The notes under the pieces were generated by a model, which was given only the letters and a program-made list of their open reading frames with translations, searched no databases and had not been told where the DNA came from. From Paraspadella gotoi (taxonomy: Eukaryota; Animalia; Chaetognatha): DNA of 64,000 bases. Both the position numbers and the translations under genes were made by a program. Location: assembly GCA_051294375.1 (NCBI GenBank), contig CM119263.1:26006436-26070435 (forward strand), written 5' to 3'. Below, in pieces: positions 39,101 through 51,292 of the stretch. How positions within the stretch are numbered: the first letter of the stretch is position 1; each line of letters starts with the position of its first letter.

Positions 39101-42100
39101 TGTCCTAGTTATATCACACATCATTCCTGTTAGAAAGTCATTAATGAAAAATCATAATATCTAATAGGCTGAACAGAAAGGGGTGGGAATGGATAATTTT
39201 TTGATGGGGGACCAAAGTTATATATGATTTTTTTAAAACTAATAGAGATAAGACTACGAAGTAGAATTGTATGTTCTGATAGGGATACATACTGGGGAAA
39301 GGTCTATAGGGGCACCTTTATGTCATGAATATAATTTTAAAATACTTTAATGAAAATAAATTTTTTTCTTTATCCTAATTTTTAATTATTCTATTTTTGA
39401 ATATTTTTTATCTTTTATGTTTATACAATGGGAAGGTCATCAGTTGGGAACCTATACCCTTCATGGATTTCGGCTTTTTAATCCCAATATCCAGGTATTG
39501 GCGAGCCATCACCAAATGGTGATCCTTCATTGTTTTATCTTTTAAAGATATATTTTTAATGTTTATCTTACACAGACCAAAGCCCTGGTATCACAGCATT
39601 ATTAATTTTAGGGAAATTTATTAAGGTTTTGCAATAATTTGTAATAAGTATGCTCAATGCTCATGAAACACCAAAGTGTCTTTATATATTTAAGTATGTT
39701 TCTAGAAAATAAAAACTCAAAGCAACTTCTCACTTGACGAGTCCATTGAACGCGGGATCGTGAACGACCGTCCACTGAAAGGCTCCTGTAGTGCTATTGT
39801 AAGTTGCGGCCTGAGGAAGGTTCTCGGCCCGCGATGTCACGGGGAACGAGCTGGTCGTTATCGCTGTGATCGTGAAGGTAATCACGTCCCCCAATTTTCG
39901 GTTTAATATCGCACCAACACTAGAAGTTATCGTAGGGGGCGTGTTGGCTAGAACGGGAAAAAACCGATAAATCAATCATTTTGTTCATTTTTTATTATTG
40001 ACTCATTCTTTCTTTTCTTCTTTAAATTATTATTCAGTATTTATACTAATTTTTGACTATTTCAGTATCATCTCAATATATAAGCAAAATGAACATATAC
40101 GAATGTAACTAACCATCAGCCGCCCGAGTCGCCACCAAAGTTTCAAAGGCCTGCTTGGTGCCGCTCAAACGCGGTGCTTGCCGTTTGATGAAACGTCGAA
40201 CAAGCAAGAGTTGTCATTGCCACAAGTCGCCTGGGCTGCCGCTAAGCCTACAGGGTGATTGGTCCAGTCCAAATTGTCGGAGAAGACGGGGGTAAACCCG
40301 GAAGGAACAACTCGTGGATCGAATATCAAATCATTTTGTAACTTCCCTGAAAGAATACGTAAAGTCAACTTAAGTGCTAGTAATTGTTCACTGTTCAGTG
40401 AAGTCGTTGAAGCAACAGGAGATATAGTGATATAATAAATAAGATATACTTTGATACATGGTCATTTACATGTAACATTGCAGGAAATGGACCATTTCCT
40501 GCGATGGTGAAAATTATAATAATATTCATGTATATATAATATTATATATATTATAATAGATATATAATATACGTATATATGTATAATATGTATAATATAT
40601 GTATATGATATGAATAACTAATGTATATTACATAACTCTAATTAAACGTACAAGTCTCCCCAAATTCGGTGTAGATTTTTTGCTCGGAGGAGCTACTTGG
40701 CAGCGAAATGTTTTTTCCGTTTGGAATAAAATCATTCGTTGCGTCTCCGTCCATGTTGCCTAGCAACCCACGAACATTTCCGGAGTAATTCCGCCCGATT
40801 CGGACATTAGGAGTAAGAAATCGTTGATCATTGTAGATCACAGTCAATATCAAATCTGTTCAGGGGAGATTAATTATCACTTAAATGAAAAAAAGTCATA
40901 AAAGTTATAAAAATGTCCATGAGTACTACCTGCGTTGCTTCCCAATTGGATTTCCACTTCTTTAGAGCTTTTCTTTGTTACAACAAAATTCGCAGTCCGG
41001 CTGATTTCCGTGTAAGTAACATTTCTTTGAAAAAGGTCAGAAGAGATACATTGTGTCCCTGTGCAAATTTGCAAATCCATTCCTGAAATAAGAAAACAAG
41101 TTGTGGCAAACAACGTCGCTCTTGACAGTCTTGTCAACGATTATAGCTTAAATTCCGGAGCTAGCTCTTTCATTTGTACATACAGTGCATAGAGAATATA
41201 TAAATAGTAACACCTTTCTTCACATGTAAGATATTGCTTACCATTACTAATCATAAGAACTCTAAATCTTGCAGAGTCACTACATCCTGCAGAGAATCCC
41301 GAGAAGAAGGTAGCTGCCGTGGGAGTATTGGTATCTGAATTTATTGCTTGAGAAGTACGCGACTAAAAAAGTAAAAATAAACTTAGTACAGGTTCTTACC
41401 ATAATAAAATATAACATAATTATTATACGACAAATGGTTGTTAAAACTCACGTGAACTGCGCACCGTTTTTGATCATTTTCAAATTGTGTTAAAGTGTAG
41501 TCTCCCAATCCGTTGAAAGTATATCCCTTACCATCCAAAGTATTAAAGTGTGGATCACCAAACCCTGTGTAAAACGATGCGAAGTATTAAAAAAAATCTT
41601 TTTTTCTTATTTTAACTGTTTATGTAAAGTCCAGACAAATATCTACAAATCAGATGCTCTTTTATATAGGAGATATCGACATTCGTCTCTTTCTCTCTTT
41701 CGCGGTCATTCCAGATTTTGCTCTGAAACGGGACTCTTCTCTAAATTTTTAGACTAATATTATTATAGACTAATATTTTAGACTAAAATAATAAACGTTT
41801 GTGGACGCTTAATGGACGCTTAGTGGATTCTTTGTGGATTTGTTTATTTGTTTACTATTGCTTCTTTGATTAATTAGTTAGTATTTCATTGATTGTATTG
41901 TATGAATATCTATATGCTTTGATTATTTTATTAAGGTACCATTAAATATCAAGACTCCAAGTGGATAAGAAACTTATAAACTTTATGGCGCCAGCGGTCC
42001 CGGTTTTCAATCCAATTTTTCTCCCGACGTCTTCTCCCTCTCCGCTGGGTTCTTTCATTTAAAATAATTTATTATACTTTGTAAATGTTGAATCTTTTTA

Positions 42101-45100
42101 ATTTTTTGCAATACACACATAAGTAGCCATTTTTTTTGTCTTCCTACCTCAAAAATAAAATTTTATTAATATTATTAATATTAATAATATTAATAATATT
42201 GTTATCTTTGGCACGTTATGATCTAACATTTTCGCCCTGAGTGCTCTCTCTCTTTCTGTCTGTCTCTCTCTGTCTGTCTGTCTATCTCTATCATCACTGG
42301 CAGAGTTCAGCGTCAATGCAAGTTTTTTACTTTTACTTGAAATTTGTTTTGGTTTTATGTTATGATCTGTTATAATATGTGATAATCACATTAAAAGACT
42401 TATCAAGACTTATCATCTAGTTAACTGTTTGTAAACCGTTAAATTATTGTAGGCAGATCCGACATTGTTTGCTCAAACTTGTTTGATTTTTTAAGGATAT
42501 TACTATAAATAAAATTCAATTTATGATACTGTTATGAAATTTTATTTTTAAAAAGGTCTCAATTATTTTTTTATTTCATATACAAAGGCAGCAAAAAACA
42601 TTGTTTAATCGCTCAATTTTTTCATTACTCCACCTTACTGTATATTTATTAATATTTATGACACTCACTGCATTGGAAATCCGTCTTTTATTCTTTATAG
42701 TTTTAGGATTTCCGGAAGACGGTGCTAGGAGTCCCTTAGATTAGAAGTTTTTTCTGTCTTAACAAATGAGCAACTAACTATAAGCAAATTATGTGCATTT
42801 TTAACGTAAGTGGGACAGACCGACATGCAGACCGACCGACAAGTTGCTCCGCGGCGCAACAAAAAACTTACCTTTTGCCACTTGATCCGCGGTTTGACAT
42901 TGATCGTAACTGGGACGACAATCACTGAATAAACCTTGCTCGTAACACAAGTAGAAATCATTTAGACACAAATCGAAGATGTTGTAATCGTCAACGGAAG
43001 AGATTTCTACGTCCCGACAGCGAATAAAATTTTTAGTTTGGAATGCTGTGTTTCGAGTTCCATCCACGGTGTACTCGCAAGACTAAAAATAAAAACGTTT
43101 AAAAATTTATTATTATTATTATTATTTTTTTTTTTGAAAGAAGGCTCACCCTACTACACTCTCGCTCAATAGTTGCTCCGTCTAAAGTTGTCTGAGTGAT
43201 CGACACTGATTTGTAACTATTTATAATCCAGTTTTTCGGATCTTCGACCTTGAAGCCTTTGATATCATCTATGACAGTGCCGTCTGCTGCAATATCAACA
43301 CTGCACGGGCAGTGTAACAATGACTGGGAGGAGTCGAACTCGGTCTGCACAACAGAATGAAAGCAATTTTTAAATTTAAATGGAGCCCACGGTTGGGATG
43401 ATAATAATAATATTAGTAGCATATTCTACAGAAAAAAGGTTAATAATTGTTTTAACCAGAAAAGAATTGCTATTTCAGTCAGGTCATTTGCACATACTTT
43501 TCTGCAAGTGTTTCCGTCTCCATTTAAACGTTCTTGCAGAGCCCAATTTAGAATTAGGAGTTGATCGGAAGACATATCATTTGAGTAGGTGTTGAAAACT
43601 TGCAAGCCAGCGAACCCGTGCCCGCCTATAAACATTAAAAATATACTACGGTGTTTACAGTCATAATTACCAATTTTTCGTTCGATAATCAAGTATAAAA
43701 TTTTCAAAATCATTAATTGGCCCAAATTTAATTATTCCTCAAATTGATAATTGCCCTCCTGACTTAATAATATTGAATTGTTTATTAAACAATACAATAA
43801 AATAATAATATAAATAATAATGTAATAATTGGCCCAAATAAATTTGGTCCAATTAATGATTTCGAAAATTTTATACTTAATTATCGAACGAAAAATAGGT
43901 AATTATGATTGTATATACTATATACTTTAGTATATTTTAAGTTTTTTTTTATTTCATAAGCCATTTTTTTATTTCTTTCCTAAAGATCAAGAACCTGAGC
44001 TCTCCCATTTTTAGTCGGCTCTGCTTATCAGCAGATTCCGACTCTATAATTCAACTTTGTCGGTCCGTCGGTCCGCCCTCAATATTAGGGTACCGCACTC
44101 AATGGGGTGAGTTAAAAATTTTGAGTGAGTACATGCTCAAACGAATATTTAGACATTTTTAAAGAATATTTTTATGGACCAAAAATTTCTAATATGGTTC
44201 TATACCCTAGTAATTAATTTTTTAATATTTATTTATAAATAGGAAAGGCCAAAAATTTTTTTTGAATTTTTAAATTTTAAGACCAGATTCAGATAGCTCA
44301 TAAAAAGTTGTCTACACAAGTATGATTCTTTTTTAAATATTTTTACGATAAGTGTGTCAAAAATAAGCAAAACTGTAAAAAATCATCATCATCATCATCT
44401 TTCGATGATTTTATCAGTTTTTTTTTTATATTTTCACTTAGAAAACGTAAAGAATTTTTAAAAGCTGTAATTATATTTCTTGTTTAACTTTTTATGCTCT
44501 ATCAGAATCCATCAAAAAATTTTAAGATTTTAAAAAAATATTTTTTGCTCAATATAGTAATATTATATTTTTAATTAGGCGAGTACCCTCAGAAGAAAGC
44601 ATTTTTGACAAAAAATATTTAATACCATAATCTATGGTCATGATAGATTATTTAACGCTGTATTACATTAGCATTTAAATTTTATCGGCTATGGCTATGG
44701 CTATGGCTATGGCTATTGACAATATTGTTGGGCACACACTTATATCATGTCAGAACATCGAATTATGATAAATTATCTATTTAAAGGAAATTTGAATTGT
44801 TACAACGATTTTATTATTAAGTTGCAGACATGTTTCGACTCAGAGATTTTCGAGTCTTCATCAGCGCTGATAAAGACTCGAAAATCTCTGAGTCGAAACA
44901 TGTCTGCAACTTAATAATAAAATTGTTGTAACAATTCAAATTTCCTTTAAATCTCTATACAACAACGAAAAGAAAGGATATACCATAGATAAATTATCTA
45001 AAAAAATGATGTCCGTCTGTTCGTCCGTCCATCCTACCTTAGAAAAAAACACCAATTACTCGTAATCGGATGGATGGATTTGAATAAAATTTTGTGTGTG

Positions 45101-46865
45101 GGTAGGGAAGTGGGTGATTGAGCTGGATATGAAGTTTTGATAGAATCATCCGAGTGGAAATGAGTTTAAATAGAAAAAACAAAAATATATATTTCATTAT
45201 TTGAACACTCATGAGTGGATGAGGCGATTGACCTGGAATTTTGTATGTGGGTAGGAAACTGTGTGATTGAGCAGGAAATCAAGTTTCTATGAGTTTAAAT
45301 GAAAAAAAAACTTGTTTCACTAATTGATTATGCTTCTTTTTCCTTTTATATTAAAAGTAATTGCAGGATGTATTAATAATTCAAATAATTAATCAGTTAA
45401 TTAATCAATTAGTCAATTAATTAATCAATAATTAATCAGTCAATCAATCAAGTCAGTCATTATCGGCATTATTCTCGTCGTCGTTATTGCTTTTGTTGTG
45501 GTTAGTAACGAAAATACCTAAAAACAAACATTTGGGATCAAATTAATTAATTAATTGCCTAATTAATTACTTAACTTGAATTATTTAATTATTAATTAAT
45601 TAATTACCGATAATGATCGTGGGCAGATCCGACATTGTTTGCTCAAACTTGTTAAATAAACGCTCATTAAGTTTTGTCTCGCGTACCATATACGTACATT
45701 TCCAATCACACATGCGTAAAGTGTATTTGAATATACATCTCTTCATCACCTGGTAAATCTTCAAGGGAGAGATGGTAAGCGAATTCAGAGCCATCAGGAT
45801 TGAGAAAGCTTTCGAAGTTGTCGATAACGTAGTATCCGATCTCCATCATCGGCACAATTCCGTTCAGAATCTCGGTACAAGCGTAAGGAATGTCAACGGC
45901 GTAGTCATTATAGGCAACCAACGTCACGTGACCGTCGCTGACAATGATGGCCTCCATACTGATAGATTCGGCGCAGGAGGGCAGAGGATACACGTGGTCC
46001 CATTCTGCCACAACCACGGTCCATGTCGTTTTGTCCGACGAGAGAAGCGAGATTAACTTGTCGAAGATCCCGAGAACGTGGTTCCAAAGCTCTTCAAAAT
46101 TACCGATCGGCACGCTCTTCTCGAAATAAAGGAAGTTTCAAGGAATATGATATGGGTATTTTCAGGATAACGCACGGAAGACAACAATTGTACGGTATTC
46201 ATATAAACAACAATTGCATCATATTTCAATGACTTCATGAATGCCAATTAGAAGACAGATTGAATTAAGGCTATATTTTAAAGAATAAAAACTAAGGAAG
46301 TATATATCTTACGGAATGAAATTGACGAATCTTCAATTTGCTGTAGCTTCGCATTTCGTGATCTCCCCACAGTGGCATCAGAGATTCTGACAAGCTCTGA
46401 TCGCCGTTGATGTACCGTATTTGGCTGAGTATTTGCGGTTCTTCGTTTAAGGTAAGCACACCATAGTGATGCATCTACAATCAATAACAAAAAGGATTTG
46501 ATTCATTTTTAGATTTAAGTCATACGTCAGTAATTTTAATTTTAGGTGCAATGACAACAACAACAACAACGACGATCAACGGTACTTTAATCTGATAGGC
46601 CACGGATTCAAAAAAGGGAACGACTTGGAAATAGTTGACAAAGTTGATCTTAATGGTTTGAGCTGAGCTTCCTTCCAAAACACAACATTTTTCGGTACAG
46701 TCATGAGGGGATTCGCCGTAGTCCGTTAGATTAACTCTGACGTCGGATTCGGTCAAATTGCAAAACGAGGTATCGAGAAGTAGTGGTTTGTCTGAAAGTA
46801 AAACAATTAGGCTCGATACATACATAAAAAAGATAATCAAAACTTTTACCTTGAATGATAATGGT

Positions 46866-46954
<89 letters not shown>

Positions 46955-49484
46955 AAAAATTGACCATCATGTCGAAATTTAAAAAGTAAAGGCGTATGTA
47001 GTAGTTATGTTTTAAACTTACAATTCTTGCAAGTAGGACCATACCCATAACCCACACAATTGCATTTGAAATAATGTGGTGCTTGCAATGTCCGCACACA
47101 TGATCCATTATTATAGCAAGGATTGGGATTGCAAGCATCTACAAAATAAAATAATACTAATAAGCATAAAATTTATAGTAAATTCAAAAGAGTATGGTCA
47201 GAAAGGTAAGAGAAAAGAACTCACCTTCTTCGCATCCCGTCCCATGGGCCGCACTATATGGTGGATGGAACCCAGAGTCGCAAGTACATTGGCGACTCCC
47301 GATGGTGTTCGTGCAAGTCGCGTTGGTCGGACAACCTCCGTTGTTAACCAAGCACTCGTTCTTGTCAACACAAGCAAAGGTGTTGATGTCGTTCGCTTGT
47401 CCGGCGCTCGGTTCATAGCCGGAATTACACGAACAGGTTAACGCGCCATTTCCGCTTTGATAGGCAAAGACGCACGTAGAATTCGTCGATTCACAACTAT
47501 AACCACCGTTCTGGTTAGCGCAGGTGTAAACCCCGTTGCAAATGTTGTGAACCGGGTTGTTACATTCGTTGTTGTCTTCGCATTTGTTAGCGGTGACGTT
47601 GTTACTGTATCCCGGTGGACATTTGCATTCATATTCGCTGACATTGGCAGGTTTTAAGCTGCAAACTCGTCCCGTCGTATTAATATTGCAAGGGTCGAAA
47701 GAGCAGGCATCTTTGGAAAAGGTATAGACAATTGTTTTCAGAAGAGGGAAGGGAGACAAAGTTTTATTTTTTTTTAAACCAAATGCTTGACATTAAAAAA
47801 GAAGATAAATTCAAGCTTAATAAAGTCCGTAGAAAAGAGTTAATTGGCTTTCTTGATCCGTTCTGACAGCACGGATTTTCTGAACAGGCCATAGCTCTTT
47901 TACACATGGGTTGACCGGCACATCACTCTTGACTGAGGCTAGAATATATGAACTTTGTCTGGGTAGATTTAAAGAGTTTACCCATTTCACTCTACAGTAT
48001 GTATCCATTTTTTAATGTGAGTTGGGAATAAAATCAAGTTTTAAAAACTCACCGATTTCGCAATCATTTCCACTGAATCCAGTTTCACACGCGCATCCAG
48101 GTGTTAATCCAAATGTTCCACTGTCTTGAATGGTGCAATTCCCTCTTCCACTACAAGTTTTATTGCAAACTGGCAATCGGGTCAAGAATGTTATTTTTGA
48201 TATATTTTCCGTAGCTGCAATTACTCTACATCGGCAAATAATACTTTTTTTTAAAAAGTAAGAACACTAAATTACGACTTATTTCCCTTTATTTACGATT
48301 TAAATTTTTTTTAAAATTAATTTTTATCTCCTTACCGACATTGACGCCGATCATTGCATCTGCTTTATTCAGAAGGCTGCACTTGAAAATGAGACAGTCG
48401 CAGGGATCAACCACAATAGACAGATTATTGTGAATCGAATTTGAAGCTGGGTTGGACACTCGAATCACCGAAGTGAAGTTGATCGAATGATGGTCTTCCT
48501 CTATCTGTAAAAGCGTACGGAGATGAGAGTCATATTGAATGTTAGTGAAGAGATCTGTGCACCTCCTATGCATCGGCTATTTTATTTGGATGGAGATTGA
48601 GTTATGACCTGGGTCGTACAAAGGACTGACAACTCTCACAAGCCCGTAATAAAAATGAATACAGATGCCCAACGTTTGTTGATAATAAAACGCCACAAAG
48701 CATTGGAATTCTATAGTTAGGAAACAAAAATCTTAAATTATATGATTATATGATTTTTGGGATTCCTCCCACACGGGATTCCTCCCAAAAGGATTCCTCC
48801 CACGTGGGATTCCTTCCACACGGGTTTCCTCCCACACGGGATTCTTCCCCAAGGGATTCCTCCCAATGGAATTGCTCCCATTCAGGATTCCTCCCTAAGG
48901 AATTCCTCCCACACGGGATTCCTCCCAAAGGAATTCCTCCCACACGTAATTCCTCCCAAGCGGGATTCCTCCCACACGGAGGAACCAATCCCGGTTAGAG
49001 AAACGGAGGTGTGCAAAGGAGGGTGAGAAAAACAATCTTCTGTGGATGTAGGAATATATTATTTCATAGAAATTACGTATTTCAATGTTTTTGGTCAAGC
49101 ATTCAACGGTTAACCCACGAATCTCCCTGATACTCTCAATGAAATTGATCGTTGGTTACTTCATTTTCTTCGACGTCCGCTTACCGTTTTGCTGCAGTTG
49201 ATAAAATCGGCTTTGAGGATGTACTTGTTCCCGCTCCGCGCCTCCACGGGACTGCAGGTTCCATTGTTGTTCCCCGTGTCGAAGGTGACTTGCTGAAACC
49301 CGTTAGTGATATCCAACTCGAAGTAGAATTTCTGGCGGTTGGGTTCTGAGGGGTCATTGCAGTCCATCGTTAGCGTCGCGTTGCCGCACTGCTCCGTCCT
49401 CGTCTCCGACGCGGAAGAGGCGAGGAAGGGGATTATGAGGAAGTATAGGAGAAAGAGGGGAAGTGGGCGTGGTCGACGACACAT
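30155..49484 (-). CDS. MUC4/SUSD2/Mesh-like NIDO-AMOP-VWD, multi-EGF, SEA type-I transmembrane protein, 24 exons, ~1980 aa
   Basis: Exons, 5' to 3': 49484-49185 (signal peptide), 48504-48336, 48214-48053, 47710-47225, 47138-47022 (EGFs), 46791-46586, 46474-46313, 46119-45750 (NIDO-like), 43625-43498, 43344-43150, 43082-42872 (AMOP-like, CPC), 41564-41452 (GFGDPHFNTLDGKGYTFNGLGDY, VWD), 41362-41242, 41082-40930, 40855-40652 (GLLGNMDGDATND), 40346-40114, 39947-39734, 38642-38461, 35915-34331 (EGF array), 33844-33660 (SEA), 33182-33083, 30855-30686 (TM), 30456-30395, 30264-30155. Phases are consistent except for indels in the 40.2 kb and 30.8 kb exons. Confidence 0.88.
30940..32440. mobile_element. 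Foldback or nested MITE cluster with TA-CAGGGG ends
   Basis: Inverted matches: 30941-30997 with 31605-31663, 31067-31150 with 32370-32439, and 31365-31495 with 31725-31870. Confidence 0.6.
32460..33020. mobile_element. Palindromic MITE-like element, related to the segments nested at 44.1 and 49.9 kb
   Basis: Internal inverted match 32610-32665 with 32812-32868; shared agattcagat...aaaaagtt motif. Confidence 0.5.
33982..34121. mobile_element. ~140-bp MITE
   Basis: TIRs tgaggcaacttaccaccggactctc and gagagaccggtggtaagtcgcctca. Confidence 0.6.
34331..35915 (-). CDS. Giant 1585-nt exon of the MUC4-like gene: ~11 EGF/cbEGF modules plus the start of SEA
   Basis: Open frame with repeated D/NINEC...C.N..GS(F/Y).C.C motifs, bounded by cag and gtaagt splice sites. 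Confidence 0.95.
35994..37290. mobile_element. TA-flanked non-autonomous Tc1/mariner-type element
   Basis: Imperfect ~28-bp TIRs TA-cagagtttggacttaaaacttacccccc and ggggggtaagattcaatccgaactctg-TA; solo TIR-like copies at ~33889 and ~57930. No transposase seen. Confidence 0.6.
37295..38215 (+). mobile_element. Helentron-associated non-autonomous element (HINE/DINE-1-like), family A
   Basis: 5' T-run plus hairpin agtcggatctgct-tatc-agcagattccgact, (GTCC)n tract, internal minisatellite, and 3' end gaagatccgacattgtttgctcaaactt (subterminal inverted repeat plus stem-loop). Confidence 0.75.
39030..39220 (+). repeat. Dispersed repeat; also at 51780-51960 and inverted at ~59500-59655
   Basis: Shared tagtgttgtcttctgga...gggagcatcta.acaacacaaggtta...ctgaacagaaaggg. 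Confidence 0.6.
42380..42483 (+). mobile_element. HINE family A 3' fragment
   Basis: ggcagatccgacattgtttgctcaaacttgtt. Confidence 0.6.
44780..44987. mobile_element. Penelope-like retroelement end: inverted repeat with hammerhead motifs, 36-nt tail and 13-bp TSD
   Basis: 172-bp palindrome 44780-44951 (2 mismatches), tail 44952-44987, and gataaattatcta duplicated at 44767-44779 and 44988-45000. Confidence 0.75.
44822..44867 (-). ncRNA. Minimal type-I hammerhead ribozyme motif
   Basis: Minus strand reads GCG-CUGAUGA-A-GACUCG-AAAAUCUC-UGAGUC-GAAA-CAUG-UC-UGC: intact core boxes, stem II, palindromic ACAUGU stem III, GUC cleavage triplet. Stem I is only ~3 bp. Confidence 0.7.
48759..48978. repeat. 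15/16-bp minisatellite (GGATTCCTCCC plus ACACG or AAAA/AAG), ~14 units, in intron 1 of the MUC4-like gene
   Basis: Directly visible tandem units alternating two suffix types. Confidence 0.9.
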
Positions 49485-49853
49485 TGTGGAGTTTTGAGAT
49501 CGATGAGGTCCGAATGGTAAGGCGAATTTTAATGCGGACGTACAGACGTGAGGAATGAGAAGGATTATCAAAGACTTTTTGTATTTTTTTTATTGGTTGT
49601 TTTGTATTGGGTTTTTTTTCTCGATTTTTACATTTATTAATTCAAAGTATTTATTAATTTCGTGATTTTTTTTAATTTTGTTGTGCCGATGTTTACATTA
49701 CCTTAATTAATACTACTTTACAAAATTCAATCCGGTTTTGTCTTCATCATAAGTCGCGCCATTATTTTTTACTCCAGATTTCGAGAGAAAAAAGTTTCTC
49801 AGGTCTCTTTTCGTCGCTTCTCGAAAAAAAAAATTGGTGCTCACGAAATAAAG

Positions 49854-51292
49854 TTTTTAGTCGAATCTGCTTATCAGCAAATTCCGACTCCATAATTAGG
49901 GGAAGCCTAACTCAGTAAGTTGGTTAAAAAATTTGAATTAAGTACCTGCTCAAACGAAAATTTATACATTTTTTAAAAAATTTGAATAGACACAAAATTT
50001 TAATATTACTCCATATATTAAATTTTTAATATTTATTTATATATAGGAAAGGCTTAAAATTTTTTTAGGATTTTTATATTTTTAAGATAAGATTCAGGTT
50101 GCTAGCAAAAAGTTGTCTTCACTAAGTATAATTCTTTTTTTGATATTTTGATCATAAGTGGGTGACTATTTATAATCATCTAAATCATCATCTTTTGATA
50201 ATTTTTTTACTTTTTCTTAATTTTGACCAAGAAAACATAATTTTTTTTGAAAGGTGTAGTTATATTTTTTATTTAACTTTTTATCCTCTATCAGAATCCA
50301 CCAAAAAAGTTGAGATTGATTAAAAAATTTTTTATCATTATATAGTAATATTGTAAATTTGATAGCTACAATAAAAGCATTAAAATCAAACTTTTTTAAA
50401 AAATTCTTTTTTACCTGAAAGTAGATTTCAAGACTAAAGTTTCGAACCCCCGCCCCTATTGAATTTGTTGGTAAGTCACTTAGATTATGTCATAACATAA
50501 AATTATGATAAATTATGCCCAAAAAAATGATGTCCGTCCGTCCTTCTGTCTGTCCCACCTTAGCAATAATCTCTATTTACTTGGATGGTTGGATTGGAAT
50601 GAAATTTTGTGTATGGTTAGGGGACTGTAAGATTGAGCTACATATAAAATTTCGATCGAATCGTCCGCGTAAAAATGACCTTTGAGTTGGGAAGCGAATG
50701 ACTTGCCTCCGGCACCAATGGCCGCTGATGAACGGTTGGTAGATTTTAGTCCACCATACATCCCCCCCTCCCGTAGGGAGAAGTCTGTTGTGTCTCTTCA
50801 GTGAATTGTTGTTTGTGGAAAGTGCATCACCAAGTTGAGGCATGTCGCCTGATGTGTTGTTGGCGGAAAGTGTATCGCCAGGTTGAGGCATTTCGCCTGA
50901 AAGTGTTGTTGTTGCAAGTTGAAAAAATTAAGCAAGTTGAAAAGATTAAGCAAGTTAAAAACTATGCAAGTAAAAATAAACAAAATATTTAAAATATTAT
51001 ATTTATTGATAAAATAATTTTTATATTATAAAAAATTAATTGTGTTGGTGTAATAGTTAAGTCTAATCCGTTGAAAGCAATTTACGTAAATGTATTGGTG
51101 CAGCCAGAGGTTCTTTGACTTATTGATTTATAGATATTTTCATCGATTTGTTAAGAAGTCTGTTATGATTTGTTTTGTTATGATCTTTTATGATCAGTAG
51201 AGATCACAAAGAATTGTCGTGATTATCATCTTTTTAGCAGATTAACGCTAAATTGTCGTAGGCAGATCCGACATTGTTTGCTCCAACTTGTT
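49854..51292 (+). mobile_element. HINE family A copy with nested MITE-like segment
   Basis: tttttagtcgaatctgcttatcagcaaattccgactc ... ggcagatccgacattgtttgctccaacttgtt; ~49896-50420 resembles ~44086-44600. Confidence 0.7.

Larger units (their letters stand above)
44008..45653 (+). mobile_element. HINE family A copy with nested insertions
   Basis: Same termini as the 37.3 kb copy; contains a nested MITE-like segment (~44086-44600) and the 44780-44987 insert. Confidence 0.75.

Noticed and set aside
48575-48710. Possible extra exon in intron 1 of the MUC4-like gene
   Set aside because: Stops in all three frames; exon 1 joins 48504 in frame without it.
48759-48978. CRISPR-like appearance and ORFs in several frames
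   Set aside because: No unique spacers, eukaryotic intron context, no cas genes; it is a simple minisatellite.
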